In this document: positions 29,920-46,077 of the stretch, one piece after another
Position numbering within the stretch: position 1 is the first letter of the stretch
Layout of the letters: the number at the start of each line of letters is the position of its first letter
Source of the DNA: Chrysomallon squamiferum
Lineage: Eukaryota; Animalia; Mollusca
NCBI GenBank assembly: GCA_012295275.1
Contig: CM022671.1
Span: forward strand, 26,412,001-26,476,000
Length of the DNA stretch: 64,000 nucleotides
Reading direction: 5' to 3'
Translations under genes and position numbers: made by a program
The notes under the pieces: generated by a model
Databases searched by the model: none
What the model was told of the DNA's origin: nothing
The model's input: only the letters and a program-made list of their open reading frames with translations

Positions 29920-30680
29920 AACATAGACTTTTATTTCAGAATACTACAACAGAGTTTTCTTTTTCACGATTTTGTTATTGGTTAACATTTAAATATACCT
30001 TACAGCCGGATTAAGCCTTAAACATTAACTTGAATCTAATTGTGACTGCAGTATTTGCCATTAATCGTTACAATAAAGTCAACGTTCTATCAAATTGTGA
30101 TAAAGACATACTGTTATTACAACAAAGTTTCTGTTTAGACGATTTCTGTATTGGTTAACGTTTAAAATTACATTACAATCTTTAACCATAATGTTAATAT
30201 CACATACATTGAAATATTTGTTGTTTTTCATAGATCCAGAGTTTAATATTGTGGTAACAATAAAGCCTACATCTTGTCAAACAGTTACATCGACATATTG
30301 TTATTTCAACAAAAACTGTTTTTAGACTAATTCTGTATTGGTTAACATCTAAAATCACCTTTGTTTAACAATTATACGCGTGTAAACATTAACGTCAGTA
30401 TCACTACAATAGTAATATTTTTGGTTTTTTAAAGAACCAGAGTTTAATAATATAGTTACGACAAAGTCAATATCTTATCAAACACTGGCATCGACATATT
30501 GTTATTACAACAGTTCTTCAGCTTAGATAAGTTTTTTTTTTTTTTTACTGGTTAACATTTAAAATCCCCTCGCAGTATTTAAACATTAGCGTTAATACTA
30601 CTTAAATTTACTTGAATATTTGTTAGTTGTCATAGAAGCCGAGTTTAATAACACGGTTACAATAACTATTATATCAATAA
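29920..30680. repeat. Degenerate tandem repeat, about 175-210-bp unit, 4 copies
   Basis: TGGTTAAC.T.TAAA at about 29979, 30152, 30339 and 30549, with GTTACAATAAAGTC-like and GACATATTGTTATT-like segments recurring between. Confidence 0.75.
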
Positions 30681-33039
30681 CGTGTTTCAAATCTCTTATT
30701 TAGTTTAGTATTAGGAATCTTCTACAGATTCTTGACACATGGTCACATCAGTTAACTGATGGTTTGATCTCGCCTGGTATAACTGGTTGGTTAATACTTG
30801 GATCTGGAATATACACCCGATCTGTCACTGATATCCTACAACACAGCTGTGATACACACACACACATATATAAATACACACTGACTGTGATGACTGCTGT
30901 ATATCACAGTGTGATAATTAATACTCGATAACACACAGAGACACACGCGTGTTCACTAATGTTTGCACGTATGGAAACCTGTATGTAAACTATTAACATG
31001 ACAAACGATGTTTGCAGACAGATCACTATTATAAAAGATACAAATTACTCATTTGGTCTCACAGAACAGTTGCATTAATATGTATCCGTTGTACTCTACA
31101 AATTAATAATGTCTGTTCTGTTTTAAAAAAAGAAAGAAAAGAAGATAAATATTTCGAATACAAATAGAAAACAATTTAATAATAAAAAAACCCCAATAAT
31201 ATTAGATTAGATCAGCAGGCATTAATCTGTAATCTATTCCTGTCATATTTTTAACTTTTTTTCTTTTTTTATTTTTTTTTTTTTTTTTTTTAAAGACTAT
31301 ATAAACCCCCACGTCTTTACCTTTTTTTTTCAAATCCATTAACGTAAAATTAACGAGTTATACAACTCACATACAACGTGTGTAAGTTATCTCAGCAAGC
31401 CAGTATCGTTTCGAGTGCTATTTATGACAACAATACCTGTGGACAGAGCGCTTCATCTCATAAATAATGGCTTCTTTCTTCTCCGTACTGTTTCCATAGC
31501 AATAAGAGTAGCCTGCATTGCTAATGGCACGGCCATGATCCGGTTTCCCCTCATTAGCAAACATTCGATGACTTAAAACTCGGAAATGATGTCGCTGTTT
31601 TGACAGACCTACAGAACAGTTGTCACAATTGGACTGGAGTTTGCTATTTTATTTTAAGACTTTGTTATGAGATTATTCTAAAATATAAAATTTAGTTCAT
31701 TTTGTACGTGGGATTTTATTGAGTTTGATAAGGATTCTCATGATTATGATTGTAGATATAATCACCATGGACATTGTCATCATGATAAACATCCCGTCAT
31801 AATAATCACTATGAACAATATCGATATATATATATTATTATTTCAGTAGATGATGTTAATATGTCAGAAGCTCATCTAAGTGACATAACTTACGTCGTAT
31901 GTTTTATCAAACGATATTTTATATAGTATTTTGTTTCAGCTACAGCTATTTTTCACAGAAAACCATCAGATGATGACAGCGATGCAAAACAAACCATAAT
32001 TCTCGACATTGGTAAATGAAACATTTGAAAAATATTCTTAAATAATCGAAACCGAGAATAATATGGCCTAGTGTATATAAACAATGATTTCTTCCTTCAC
32101 ACAATCAAAACATGACAATTTCTTATTTTACCCCCCTAAAACACACACATATAAACACTTACTTATGCCGAATCAAACACACAATTAATTAATTTATTTA
32201 TTATTATTATTATCATTTATTTTTTTATATTTTTTTCTGGTCACGTAATGACGTATGCTTGTATTATAACATATAGATTTACAGTCATTCCGGCTGACAG
32301 AGTTGGCATTTAAAGAAGAGCTCGTCATATTTTCGTATAATTTTATTCAATAACTGTATTTAGTTTCGTATTTGGAACTGCACTGGTTTTCCTTCGTGAG
32401 TCGGGGCCATCTGAGCACTTGTGACGTGAATCAAGTCCGCGTCATCCACTGCTACTGAAGATGTTTATTAATAACTGAACAACAGCAGCAACAACAGCAC
32501 AAAAAATAGAAATCTTTCTGAAAAATGCAGCATAAAAGTAATTATTATTTTATATGTTTTACCATTATCATCATCATAATCAGCTGTGAAAATAAATCTG
32601 CTATTAAAAACATCTAATATATAAGATGTAATATGCACTTCCATAATAGCTTGTCATATGTGTGTGTGTGTGTACACACACAAACATATATATTGACATG
32701 AGTATAAAACACTCACAAAAACACACATAGCACATTTATTAATTTTCCTATTATTATACGTAATAATTTTGTTTTTCTCAGTTCCAGTACTTTTTTTTCG
32801 AACAATATTCCATATAAAGGTTACATAAATTTACCTTCTTATCATACTAATAAAGGTTACATTCATTTCACGTTTGTATTTTTTACGCATGGTTTTGCAA
32901 GGCATTTGTGAATTCAGTGAATTTGATTAAGTCAAGCATAAACTGTTAATAATCTGACAAAGTTAAAAATATGACCTTTCAGATTTTTAAATACGTTTGA
33001 AAAACTGCTCTATCTTTGAAGTATATGAGTAACCAAATG

Positions 33040-33860
33040 ACAGTTATAGTAACAAGTGAAGCATTAAAGTAACAAGTAATAACTGTATTAAGGTGTAACC
33101 GGTTAATAACTGTACTAATGTGCAATCAGTACTATCTGTGTTAATGTCTGAGTAAACGATAATAATTGTAGTAATCTGTAACGTTTACTAAATGCACTGA
33201 CATGCCAAGCATTGTACGGAAAACAAATAATATTTGTGCTAATATTTGTTAAAGTGATTAACAATAACTGTAACCAAGAGTAATTGCAGTAATGTGTGAA
33301 ACTTCAGTTACCGATAATAATTGTATAATCTATATTTATTTCTGAAACTATAATAATTAGTTATCTTGAAGATTTATAGTAATAAAAAGCGGTAATATGT
33401 AACCAGTAATAACTAAGATAATCAGTAAATAATTAACATAATCAGTTAAATTACAGTAACCAGTATCAATTATTTCGATATTTGAAGATTTATGCTAACC
33501 AGTAATAATAGCAGTAGTATGTAACCAGTAATAACTGAAGTAGTGATAAAATGACGAACATAATCAGTAAAATAATGAAAAGAACCAATACAATTACAGC
33601 ACTCTTTTTTATGTAAGAATAACCAGTAACATTTATTTTAATATTTGAAGATTTATATAACCAATAATAATAGCAGTAATATGAAAAGTAATAACTAAAA
33701 TTACAATAACGAATAATAACTATTGAAGATTTACAATAGACAGTAATACTAGCAGTAAAATGTAAGCAATAATAATTGTATTAATCTTTGACGATTAGAG
33801 TAACCAGTCATAATTGTAATAATCGTTGAATATTCTAGTGTAACCAGTAATAATTTTGGT
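33040..33860. repeat. Degenerate AT-rich minisatellite (TAACCAGTAATAAC / TTGAAGATTTAT motifs)
   Basis: Motifs recur many times across the interval. Confidence 0.65.
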
Positions 33861-34291
33861 ACCAGAGTTTTGAATTTCATGTACTTTTTTGTTATCATAT
33901 TATTAAAAAATATTTTATACTTTGTTAACAATAAAATTCACTTCTGTGTGAAAATTTCATTTACTTGACAAATCATGCACTAAATTATCTAAGTGAAAAT
34001 TTATATAATCCCCAAAATAATCGTTGTATTTAACTAATAATGTCTGTAGGTCATTTGGAAATATGAATTTTTTAAACTAATGTGAAATATTTATTATCAA
34101 GAACTTATTTAATCAGTTTTATAATGAGGAATATACATTAATAATAAAGATAAGAAGTAAGTTAACCAGTTTAAAGTAATAATAATAAAAATAATAATAA
34201 TATCTGAAGTATTAATAATTAAATTAAGCAGACTTCTTAAAAGTTTAATATAAATGAATAACAAGGGTATTAGAATCATATAATGGATGCT

Positions 34292-34401
<110 letters not shown>

Positions 34402-35000
34402 ATGTATGTATGTATAACACGTACACAAGAAAATTCAATTAAACATAAAGATAATCAACTACATAACAGTTAACATCTATAACTATTTCCAATAATAACG
34501 AATGTTTTGTTTTAAACAATAACAACTCATTCTGAACATTTGTACTGTTAGAAATACGTCTACAGTTTTTATTTAATACCTTCGCTATTGATATCTCTGT
34601 GTCATGTAGTCGATATATGCACCAATAATGTTTCGTATTCAAAGAGACACTGAAATGGACTTATTACTGTGTTATCGCGAAAAACATTCGATCAACAACA
34701 TACATAAAGATGCAATCTTTTCAATATACAGCCAGAATGATTTTCTACAAAGCCGACGTACAACATATGCTGCGAATATGTGACAAACATTGAGATTATT
34801 TTAAAAATATATGTATCTGAGATATTTATTCGACTATTAGACGTAGATGAGAAAGCCGAAAAGAAAACTGGAACAAATCCCACCCACGTAATAACGATAG
34901 TTCCAGATATAGAAGAAAAAAAAATGTAATTACTGGCTGGTCAGTTGTAGGTTAAAAAGTTTTAAAATAAACCTTTTTTAATTAAAATGTCAAAGGGAGG

Positions 35001-35086
<86 letters not shown>

Positions 35087-37499
35087 TTCAAGAGGAGAGA
35101 AAGAGAGAGAGAGAGACCTAACTGATGTACACAGACCTACTGATGATGTTTCTCAAATATGCAGCCTATTGATTATATAGTTAGGACTATCCGATGACTA
35201 ACACAGGTGCTCACAGGAAATGAATGCAAGAAAACATGCGCTGATGTCTTGGGAACCGGAAACTGTGATATACCTTCAAAGACATAATGTCGCTAATTTA
35301 ATTAATACGCTAGACTAACTTCAGGTACTTTACTGAGGTGTTCCGGTACTTCATTGATCAAAATGAATGTATCTGATAATCTGTTCTTTGAACGGTTTTG
35401 TTGTGGTTTTAATGACCTAAATACAGTTTTAAAAGAAATTAACAAATTTGTAAAGAAAGGTTATAATAATAACAACAACAGCAACAACAAAAATAATAAA
35501 GAGGATGCTGATCATGATGATGATGATGACGATGACGATGATGATGATAACAACAGCAATGAGAACGAGAAAGATGATTATCAAAAAAGACAAGTTTATT
35601 TTAGAGAAAGTAACTTCATAAATACATCGATGGCGTACGTTTGTTAATTTTCTCCCCTCTTCCCCAGAACTTTCTCCTATATTATTTCCTTAAGATTCTA
35701 AAAGCGTTTTTCTTTTAAATACAGCATACTTTTTTACTTGTAATTTTTGAACGAATCGAAATCATAAGCCTCTTTAAAAAAAAAAAAAAAAAATTTAAAA
35801 ATTTTAAAATATTTTAAAATATTGATAATATCGTCTTTCTTTTCTTTCCTTTAAAAGCATTTAAACTAATTAACTTGAATGCATTTTTGTGAATTTATTC
35901 TTCTTATGCTATTCTTGAAGTCTGCTCCGCGTGTAATCGGATCAATGATGTAGACTCAGTGATTTTTATATTGTAAATACAATATTTATCTAAGCTTGTA
36001 TACGTTTACTTGATTATAGAATATTGTATTGATCCGCTGCGTTCGTGAGCAGTAGCCACTTGAGGATATTTGCACAAATATCTGTTTAACGAAAACCTCA
36101 ATTAAATTGCATTTCCGGAGAAACATCGAGGAACTGTGTTTCGAAACTGCATCGATCGTGGCGAACAAACACACATGTATCAAAACATTGTGAGAGGAAA
36201 GTAATTTTGATAACAATTTCACTGTCTGAGAGAAATATTTCATAATGGCGGCTGCTTGAAGCAGACGCGAAGCTCGTAGAGTCGTCTGACGTGGAAATTG
36301 AAACTGACATCGCGGTCCCAGAGCGGAATGTCTCACAGGATCTGACTGGCTGGCTGTAATGGGATAGTTTGTCACATGAACGAGATTTTAGACCCTAAAA
36401 TAAGTTTGAGATATAATACAATAAACCAATAATATTAATTCAGAGATAACAGGCTGATGACGCACATGGTCTAATGTACAGTAATATCAACATCGATGTT
36501 TAAGTTTGATATATAAATTACAGTGCCTGACGTTAAAGTGTGTTTAAGTATATATAACAACAGTCTGCTCGAATTTCGACGACGATGTATATGTCACAAT
36601 ATATATATAACAATATTTCTAACAATATATATGAAATTGACGTTAAGATATTATATTATCTATCTATTTGTCTACATGTTCTACTATCTACACCATGAAA
36701 ATACCTAGTTATTTCAATGATTGTATGACAGCATAACTAAATAATAATACAACTACTGAAACTGCAAGTCATACGACTTCAGACCAGCCAGTTAAATATC
36801 TTTTCAGAGAAACAAAGATGGAAATGCCGATTATTTTCGCATACGTTCATAACAGTAGAGCTTGAGATGTCGCCTTTATATACAATTTGCATCGTAATGA
36901 CTCTTCGAACAATAACAATTTTATGTTCTATTTCCAGATCAGAAGAATATCAACACCGTTAAGCTTTAATTTCAGACAAAAGAATATTTGAGCTTCTGGT
37001 TTATTAGACGCTATTGTTTTCTGGAAAGCTAAACTTCAACTTTAGACTAATTAAATTTTGTTTTATTATAAAAAAAAAAAAAAATAAATAAATTTAAAAA
37101 AAAACCCAGCTGTTAAAACCTATGCCTTGTTATCGCAGTTTAAATGATCTTTGACCAGACGAGAAATGAAAGATGAATTTGCAATATTGGCGTGACTTTA
37201 ATTTTAATCCAGTTTCGAAAAAATATCTTCAGTTTTGATAATTAGATGTCGGCGTAAGGCAAATATCGAATCTGACCCAGATTTCCACCTGGGAGCTGGT
37301 GTTGGCAGATACGAATGAAAACAATCAGATAAAAACACGATATTTTTGTTGAACGACAACATTAGAAATGCACTGGGTAAAACGCGCGATATGGATCAAT
37401 CACTGGCGAGTTTGGAATAAGACACGAGAACTGCGGAGAACGACAACAGATAATTCTGACCGTCGTGTTTATAATTAGTAACGATTTAACACAGAACAT

Positions 37500-37930
37500 T
37501 GCTTTAAAAGTTTCGATAATTTCTTAAAACAGTACAATTTGCATAATGTAGTGTAACTTAAAAGTTACAGGATTTTCTTAAAATAGCATGGCTTAAAACC
37601 ATTACCAAATATTCAAAGCTTTAAAATTTACAGGATTTTGTTTCTGTAGAACGTCTTTAAAATTTTACGTGATTTTCTTAATATAGCATGGCTTAAAGTG
37701 TTACATGATTTTCTTAAAACAGCGTATCTTAAAATTTTGCAGAATTTTTCTTTACATAGAACAGCTTTAGCATTTACAGGATTTTCTTTCTATAGAATAT
37801 CTTCAAAATTTTAAAAGATTTTCTTAATATAGAATTTAGCTTTATAATTTACAGGATTTTCATGATATAGCATAACGTAATATTTTGCAGGATTAACTTA
37901 AAATGTGTATAGGTTTGTCTTAATATAATA
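37500..37930. repeat. Degenerate minisatellite, about 33-40-bp unit
   Basis: Recurrent TTACAGGATTTTCTTAA..TAGCATGGCTT. Confidence 0.7.
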
Positions 37931-38656
37931 TGTTTTTCATTCGTCGTCCGGTACAAAGAAAAAACTTTTAGTACGTTAAAGTTTGCGTTTCTTTTGTCTA
38001 GCAGCATAGAAAAAACTTCTTGTTGAAAGTATGCATTTCTTTTGTCTCTTAGTATAGAATAATCTTTAACAAATCTACTCGTTGCTTTTGTCGTTCAGTA
38101 TATAAAAAAAAAAAAAAAAAAAACAGTTCATGCGAGTCACCGTGTCATGATGAACTAATGATTAGAAGTGAATTCAGTTTGAATAACATGATGAACTTCG
38201 TCCTCTGGGAGATGAAACTAGTTTAACTATGTAACGATTAATGACGACCGAAGGAAGACGACGACTCGAAGTTTCATAAAGGTTAGATCTATATCGAGAG
38301 AACCAGTGTCTGGACCACAAAATGTCGCTTAGAAAATACGAGAGAATGATCTACGTCAGTGGGAATTATTTGTTTTTTTCTTTCGGCTTTGGACAAACTC
38401 GATGTTTTCCCATTCCAAACGTTGCTCAGAAAATAATTTATGAATGAATGACAGATACAACCTTGTCACTACTAAAGCTGCACGTAATACCACTATAATG
38501 AGCAGTGTAGCACCACCGTCACTTCAACTACTACTTCTGCTGCTACTACTACTACCACTACTACTATTACAACCGCTACCGCTACTACTACTACCACTAT
38601 TGCTACCACTAACCACTAATAAAATTGCTTCTTCTTCTTTTTCTAATAATAATAAT

Positions 38657-38703
<47 letters not shown>

Positions 38704-38704
38704 A

Positions 38705-38735
<31 letters not shown>

Positions 38736-40685
38736 ATGTATGTTTAGAAGTAGGTTGCTATTCGGAATCAGTGCAAATCTGTTGTTATTTTACGACAGCC
38801 CCAGAAACCAAGTTATCTTTTATTTTTATTTCAGCATGCAAATAAACAATTAAGGACATTTAAAACAATTCATTGCAAGCTTTTATGAGTTTCTACAAGT
38901 TCTAAAACCAGTAAAGCAAAATTAATTTGTGTTTTCCTTCAGTAAACGTTCAGGTAACTCAGTAAATGAGATCTGCTTAATATCGCTTTTAAAAAGTCGA
39001 TTACAAAATAATAATAGTTTTTAATTAAATAAACACGACATGAAAGAAAGTACAAAACAGTTAAACTCCGCTTTCTTTTATAATAATTATTCTTTAAGTG
39101 ATTAATTTCAGTTATAGGATAATTTTGGATAATCAGTTCTGGAAACGAATAACAAAATGACACACACATATAAGAGACACACACGCAGGCACACACACGC
39201 AGGCACACGCACGCACGCAGGCACGCACACACACGCACACGCACACACACATTCACCTTATGGAAATCGAAATTATCTCTAAACCGAACTTATTTCTTGG
39301 TCCCGTGATCTACTCTGCGAAGAAACAATCGGCTCTTCTGGGTTTTTACTATATATTTTACAAACACACGTATACAAACAAAATTTTCATGTTTTAAACC
39401 TTGTTCTGTAACAGAAAGACCTATTTTCACATGTTGTGACGATATTTATATATAAAAAAAACCCCAAAACCTTTAGGTCAGTTATAAAATGCAGCATGTT
39501 TCTTGTAACTGACACCATTGTTATGACATTGCCTGAAAATATACACTGAAGTATTAGCATTCGTTGAGTCTCAGCTTTGTCCTCTATAAACCTTGTAACT
39601 AAATAAGTGAAATATAAACCTACTGTGTCGTTTTCAAATGCTTTTTACATTTTTAATTAACTGTATAGAAATTCTCTATTGAAATTCAGATATGCTTTAT
39701 CTATGGTAATTCAGTTTTTGCCAACTGAAAAATTTTTTCTTAATAAAATTAGTTTCATCTTGAAAGTTAAATATATCACATATCATCAAAGTACTTTTTT
39801 TCCCCAAAAAACTGTGATCCTTTCCTGGAACAGCATCAGTTTGGTACTAAGAACGTCACAGACATAGATGGACGTTTTCTTCCATTTATTCTAGTTCGGC
39901 ATACAGAAAACAAACCAGCAGAAGTTATTTGACTTTATTTAGACGACAGCATTCTCATCGCAAAAGAAAACCTTGATTCTGCAATTTAGGAAATCCTTTA
40001 GAGAAACTTAAATTTCTTTCCTATATTTCAATTAAAGCTAGGCCGGTAAATCAGCGCAATCCAAAACGAGTCTCCCATCGTAAGAAGATTACGAGTTTCT
40101 ACTCAACAAAACTTCCTAGACACTGACCAGGCTTTTAAGCAGATTATTATTTGTTCCGTCCACTCCAGTCGTACAAAGGACTAAATTAATTTCCCGTATA
40201 GTCGGAGCGGTTCGTGTACTTCCAGGGAGAATGTTAATCTTTGACAATACAAGTGTTAAACCGGATCTTTGCAAGCTTTTCCTGGCTTCTGGTATGTCAT
40301 CACAATGGTACGGAGATGACTGGAGTGATGCACATAAATCTGTTGAACTTGCTGTATTTTTCAAAGTTCGAGGTATGAGTAAATCCGTGTCGATATTGTT
40401 GTTTGTGAAGAGATGAACACGGCAAATCCAAGCCATACATATATATTTTAGTATATACTTTATTTTATATACTCATAAGTATTTTATATTTATCTCACGC
40501 ATATCTGTATTTCACATACATTTGCATCTATCTCGTATTTATCTGATACACATCAGTATTTTATATTTATCTTACATACAGTTTTACTATCTTTTTATTA
40601 TCTACTGTGGGCATATATAACTCAGAAGATCATCATTTCCTAACCATAACACACACATAAATTAAAAACTCAGTTTCACATAACA

Positions 40686-40732
<47 letters not shown>

Positions 40733-41181
40733 TACAGAGAGACACACACAAAAGTATTTAACTCACATTCAGTTTGATCTATTATTTCTTGATCGCACTA
40801 ACAACTGAAGATTGATGAATCCCGCAGGAGAAAATCTATTTTGTCATTCACATCAACATGTGTACCTAATTTTCACTTTAAAAGACAATATCCTCTGTGA
40901 ACTCATCACAAAACAATTGGTTTTCCATATACAGTGTTGTAATTAAAGTTTTCCCCCCGAAGGCCGCGTCGAGATAAAATAGTCTATCACTCAAAACGTT
41001 TTAGTTTTACTGGTTAGAGACACCAGGTATGGTTTTTATAATGTCAGAGTTGACGTGTAATTTCAGACTATCGTTTTTAGACAATATGTAAATAAATGAA
41101 ATAAATCAGGTTTAATACTACGAATTGTCTTTCACAAGTCAGTGTAGGATTAGGTTTATTTAAAACCTTAAACGATGATGA

Positions 41182-41297
<116 letters not shown>

Positions 41298-42480
41298 TCT
41301 CATCATTAATGTATATATCTCTGTATATCTATATTTATGTTAGTATGTCCATGTATCTCACACAAACAGACTCTCAGCACTGTTAAAAGATTAAAACAAC
41401 AACAACAAATAAAAACCTAATACAACCCACAACTGTACGCCAAACAAACCTCACATAAATGAAGATATGTTTTGAAAAGTCTATATTTAGACATTCGCAA
41501 AATAACGGTACTGAATTCCCAAGCTGCCACTCAATAAATAATTTGTTTTAATAGCTAATAATCAGCTGGAGTTTTCCGTTACAATTTCCATTTATTCATT
41601 AAGAGGTCCAGGCACTGCTGATGTCAGAAATACACAAATTCTACAAAATAACAAACGTGAAAATTTCACACGGGCGACGTTGTGCTTATGTAAATGATAA
41701 TATCTATATTAATACTCACTTTCTAGATTATTTCAAAAACTTTATCTGTGGCGATATGTGTACATTTGTGTTTTAAGTATTTCAGTTGTTCTTGAAATCA
41801 ATTTTACATTATTTTCTATGTTTTAATGCCATCATTAATGTCGTTACTAATATACACACCACCACTATCATCATCATCATCATCATCATCATTATCATCA
41901 TCACCATCAGCGTCTTCGTCATAATTACCATTATATACCGCCTTAACCATTAACCAAAACGCCTTTCTCGTTTGTTCAGCAATGTTCGCTCGCTGCTTAA
42001 CTCAGGTTGACTTGTTCAGAGTGGCGAGCCTCTTGGGGCGCTCTTCAACCTGCAAACAGACATGACGTCGTGCCAGTCGATGTTGTCGATGATAGATCGT
42101 TAACACTGTGGCCGGACACGTGGCTCATTGTGTCGAATAGATGAACGAATTACTCACACTAAACATGAATGAAGTCGTCGCTAATTGCACATTACAGTCA
42201 TTTCTGACGCCTTCGTCGATTTCTTCAGCCGCTTGCTACACACGTTACGTTTTGTCTCAACTTGTACACAGCAAGTGCAAGCACGAACGATACAAAAACC
42301 GAATTAATCTTCACACTCGCTGGATTCTGAGTCCAGTACAGGCATGCTTGAACGTTCGGTGGATGTAACTACATTTCTGAATGGAAACAGCACCGACAGA
42401 AGTGAAATTACGCCATTGATGTATTAGCCATTTGCGATACAAATTGTATATACACACGAGTTTGAACTAACTTGCGTTTC

Positions 42481-43304
42481 TGAAATTACACACTGTAACA
42501 GTAATTACGTAAATATTGCTATGACAGTATGACTTAAAGAAATGTTTTTATTTTATTTCATTTAATTTTTTTTTTTTTAAACAAAATATATTTAATAATA
42601 TATTGTAATGTAATATGGTTGTTAGTGCTTTTAGTATGCATTACATAAATACGGCGAATTACAAACAAAACTGGCATCTAAACAAATCAAAAAGATATTT
42701 TAAACACGTTCTTCCTTCTGGCGTAAGTGTGAATTGTGTTTACATTGAAATTTGTAACATCCCGGTTTATTGTCTATCACCAATACAGATGACATCAGAT
42801 TTACAAGCTAAGATTTAAAAATAAAAAAAATAAATAAAAAATCAAACGTGCAGGAAGACATTTTGTACACAATAGATCCTAAGATAGGTTCGAAATACAA
42901 TGCAAAAATATATATGATAAACACTTCACACGTAAACGGTTATTTTTGATAATAATTAAAACATGTTTTTAGTAACTGTTTTATTAATCATCAGAGTATA
43001 TAACTTAAATTAAAACTTTAAAAAAAATTAATTTAGTATATTTATTTACGTATTTATTAAAAAAAAATTGTTATTTATTTATCATTAGTAAACTATCATG
43101 TGCGTGTGTGTGTGTGTTTGTGTGTTTGTGTGTGTGTGTGTGTGTGCATGTGTTAGCGGGGGTTTTTTTTGTCATTTTTTTATTTTTTTTATTTTAGTCC
43201 GGACACCAATTATTACATTAACTTCGTTGTTTTTCCTTTAAGCCTCCAGACCAAAGCAGCCTTGCTTCCTAGCATTCCGTTTTGGTGCTCAGTATTGAAG
43301 ATAG

Positions 43305-43393
<89 letters not shown>
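42481..43393. repeat. Duplicated segment, copy 1 (block order B-A)
   Basis: Block B (42481-43159) matches 50071-50624; block A (43191-43393) matches 49800-50013. Confidence 0.85.
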
Positions 43394-43398
<5 letters not shown>

Positions 43399-43446
43399 AC
43401 AAATAAATTGAATGATAACTGAAGCTGAAGAGAGAGTGATATAGAC

Positions 43447-43511
<65 letters not shown>

Positions 43512-44089
43512 TAAATAAGTAGATCGACAACAAAACTATCGATGTCCTAACTTGATGACAGCAAACACGAACAGTCTTACTTACTGTTGCCAGTACAATG
43601 AATCTGATCGTAAAGACATTTACACCGGTGCAGCCATGTTGTCTTATTACGAAGAATTCACTGGAAAACAAACATCAAGACAGGTTGCTTCACAATAGAG
43701 AATTCCCAGCTGTTCAAGTGATGATACTAGAATACCTATATATGTTGTTGTTTTTTTATTGTAAAATTAACAGCGTTGTGCGATTAATTGTATTTTATTA
43801 AAATTGTATTAACAATTCACACATATCTGCTTTTAACTGTGTTTTTAAATAGTTCAGTTTTCAACCGTTTTCGTAACTGTCCATGTGTTATCTTTAATAT
43901 TAACTTATTTCTTAGAATTATCTTTTATCTGTTATCTATTATAATAGTGTTGGTGTTACGCTTTTTATTCAAAGTAGCATTTTTACATGTTTCTTCTCCT
44001 TTTATTATTATTATTCTTATTACTACTACTACTACTACTACTACTATTATCTTTACTTATTTATTTATTATTATTATTAACATTATCAA

Positions 44090-44144
<55 letters not shown>

Positions 44145-46025
44145 GTAGTAGTAGTAGTTGTTGTTTTTATTATTATTATTTGTTGCTTTTCCATCTTTTA
44201 ATTTTAATTCCTTTTAAACATTCTTCTTGGACTTCTTCTTCTTTTCTTACTTAGTGAAACGTTCACTGGAAATTATCTCTGAGTATAGTGAACTAAATTC
44301 TTAACATGTGGAATATTTCTAAGCAAAGTGTATAATTTCAGAAAATTAATGTTAATATTATTTTTTACCAGACTGTAAATTCACACAGGAAGATATTTGA
44401 TTGCCTACATTAGTTATGTATATTATAATTAATGGGTTTTGGTTATTACTGTTTTGATGGAGGTCGGGGGGAGGGGGGTAATAATCAAAATACAAGAAGT
44501 GGACTTCCTACACATTCACTTTCAACCAATGGATTGCCTCTGCCAACCGGAAGAGGAAACAGATTACCTTCTATACTGACTTCAGAAGCAGGAAATGGAT
44601 TGCCTCCCGTACGTAGACAGTAAATGAAACGGTTTGTCATCTAATATCAAGGCATAAAATAAATTGCATTCAGCTTCAAGGAAAAGAAAACTGCTTATGA
44701 AGAACTTAGACCTTTTTTAATATTGCTCAGCCATATTATGTTTACAGCTCAACAGAAATTTGACAAATGTATATAGTTATGAACAAAAAAGGTTCTCATT
44801 CATATGTAATATCACTGTAAATAAATAATAAAATAAAGTTATTATATATATTTATTTATTTATTTATTTATTTATTTACTTATTTGTCTGTATGTACTAC
44901 TATTATTAATGTTTGCGGTACGCATGTATTTTTATTTTTTTTTTTTTTTTTATTCATCTAACCTTTTATGATCTTCAGCAATAAAGGTGTTATTTTACAT
45001 AAGCATTTTTTTTAAAAGTGTTTCAACAACTGTATGAAATGTAATATAAGATTTTCGTGTATGTATCGATAACCCGCAAAGCTGAAGGGCAATAATAACA
45101 TTTCGCAGCTTAAGGAAGTGATTACCTTTTCAAAATTACCTGGCATGTTGCCTGACACAGGGAAATAATGTGTCGTTTTATCAGAACAGGGAATTATATA
45201 ATTGTTCTTTAACTGTCATATTACTGTGACTTGTTTTTATGGTAAATAGCTGTTGATTAAATTTCAGCAGTTCGATGATCACGTTTTTCGATATTCACGT
45301 ACTTGCGTGTTAAGGTTCTGTACTTTACACAGGGTTTTAATATTAGATCAGTAATTCTTAATATCACGAAAATATATCAGACGTGACTAATCAATTATTC
45401 TTTGTCAGACTATCCATGTAATGTAATATGATGATATGATATATTATATGATATAATACAATATAGTATATATAGCATAATGCAAAGTAATGCAACACAA
45501 TACATGTAGAGGCTGAGGATCCATTATTCAAAATTCCAAAATCAAACATTTTAACGAGCAACAGAAATAGTAATATCTTAGTGTTTTGACTGTTTAGCAA
45601 ACGGAAACTTTATTTTCGACACAACATTTTTTTTAAATATTATACAAACAAGTCCCAAGACTATTTGTTCAGGCTGTATATAAATTATAAACGGAATTCG
45701 TGTTTAGAGTACGATCCTCTGTTCAGGTAATCTTATATTCCAAAATCCAAAACTCTGTCACTTCCGGTCCCAATATCATAGCATAGCAAACTAATACATG
45801 TATCCGGACCAAATATTTATGCTGTGAGAACGACTCCCATGTAATGTAAAATTAAATAATAATAAAAAGAAAAAATAAAAGGAAACATTTAACAGCAATA
45901 ATGCAGAATTAAAAAAAAATTAAATGAATTTGATAATAGGCAACCAAACAACAAATCAATGTTCACATTAAAGGATAACGGTAAGAATAACATTATAATT
46001 ACAATTGTAACTATCTATCAGTCTA

Positions 46026-46077
<52 letters not shown>

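Noticed and set aside
40116-40436. 106-aa ORF (also 35986-36375 and 51088-51348)
   Set aside because: No recognisable domain or convincing splice structure; a homology search would be needed to exclude an exon.
43169-44201. ER-, LS-, poly-I and poly-Y ORFs here and at 7055, 8351, 12713, 14889, 16375, 23853, 34109, 38444, 59083 and 62980
   Set aside because: Products of (GA)n, (AAT)n and (ATTT)n repeats.
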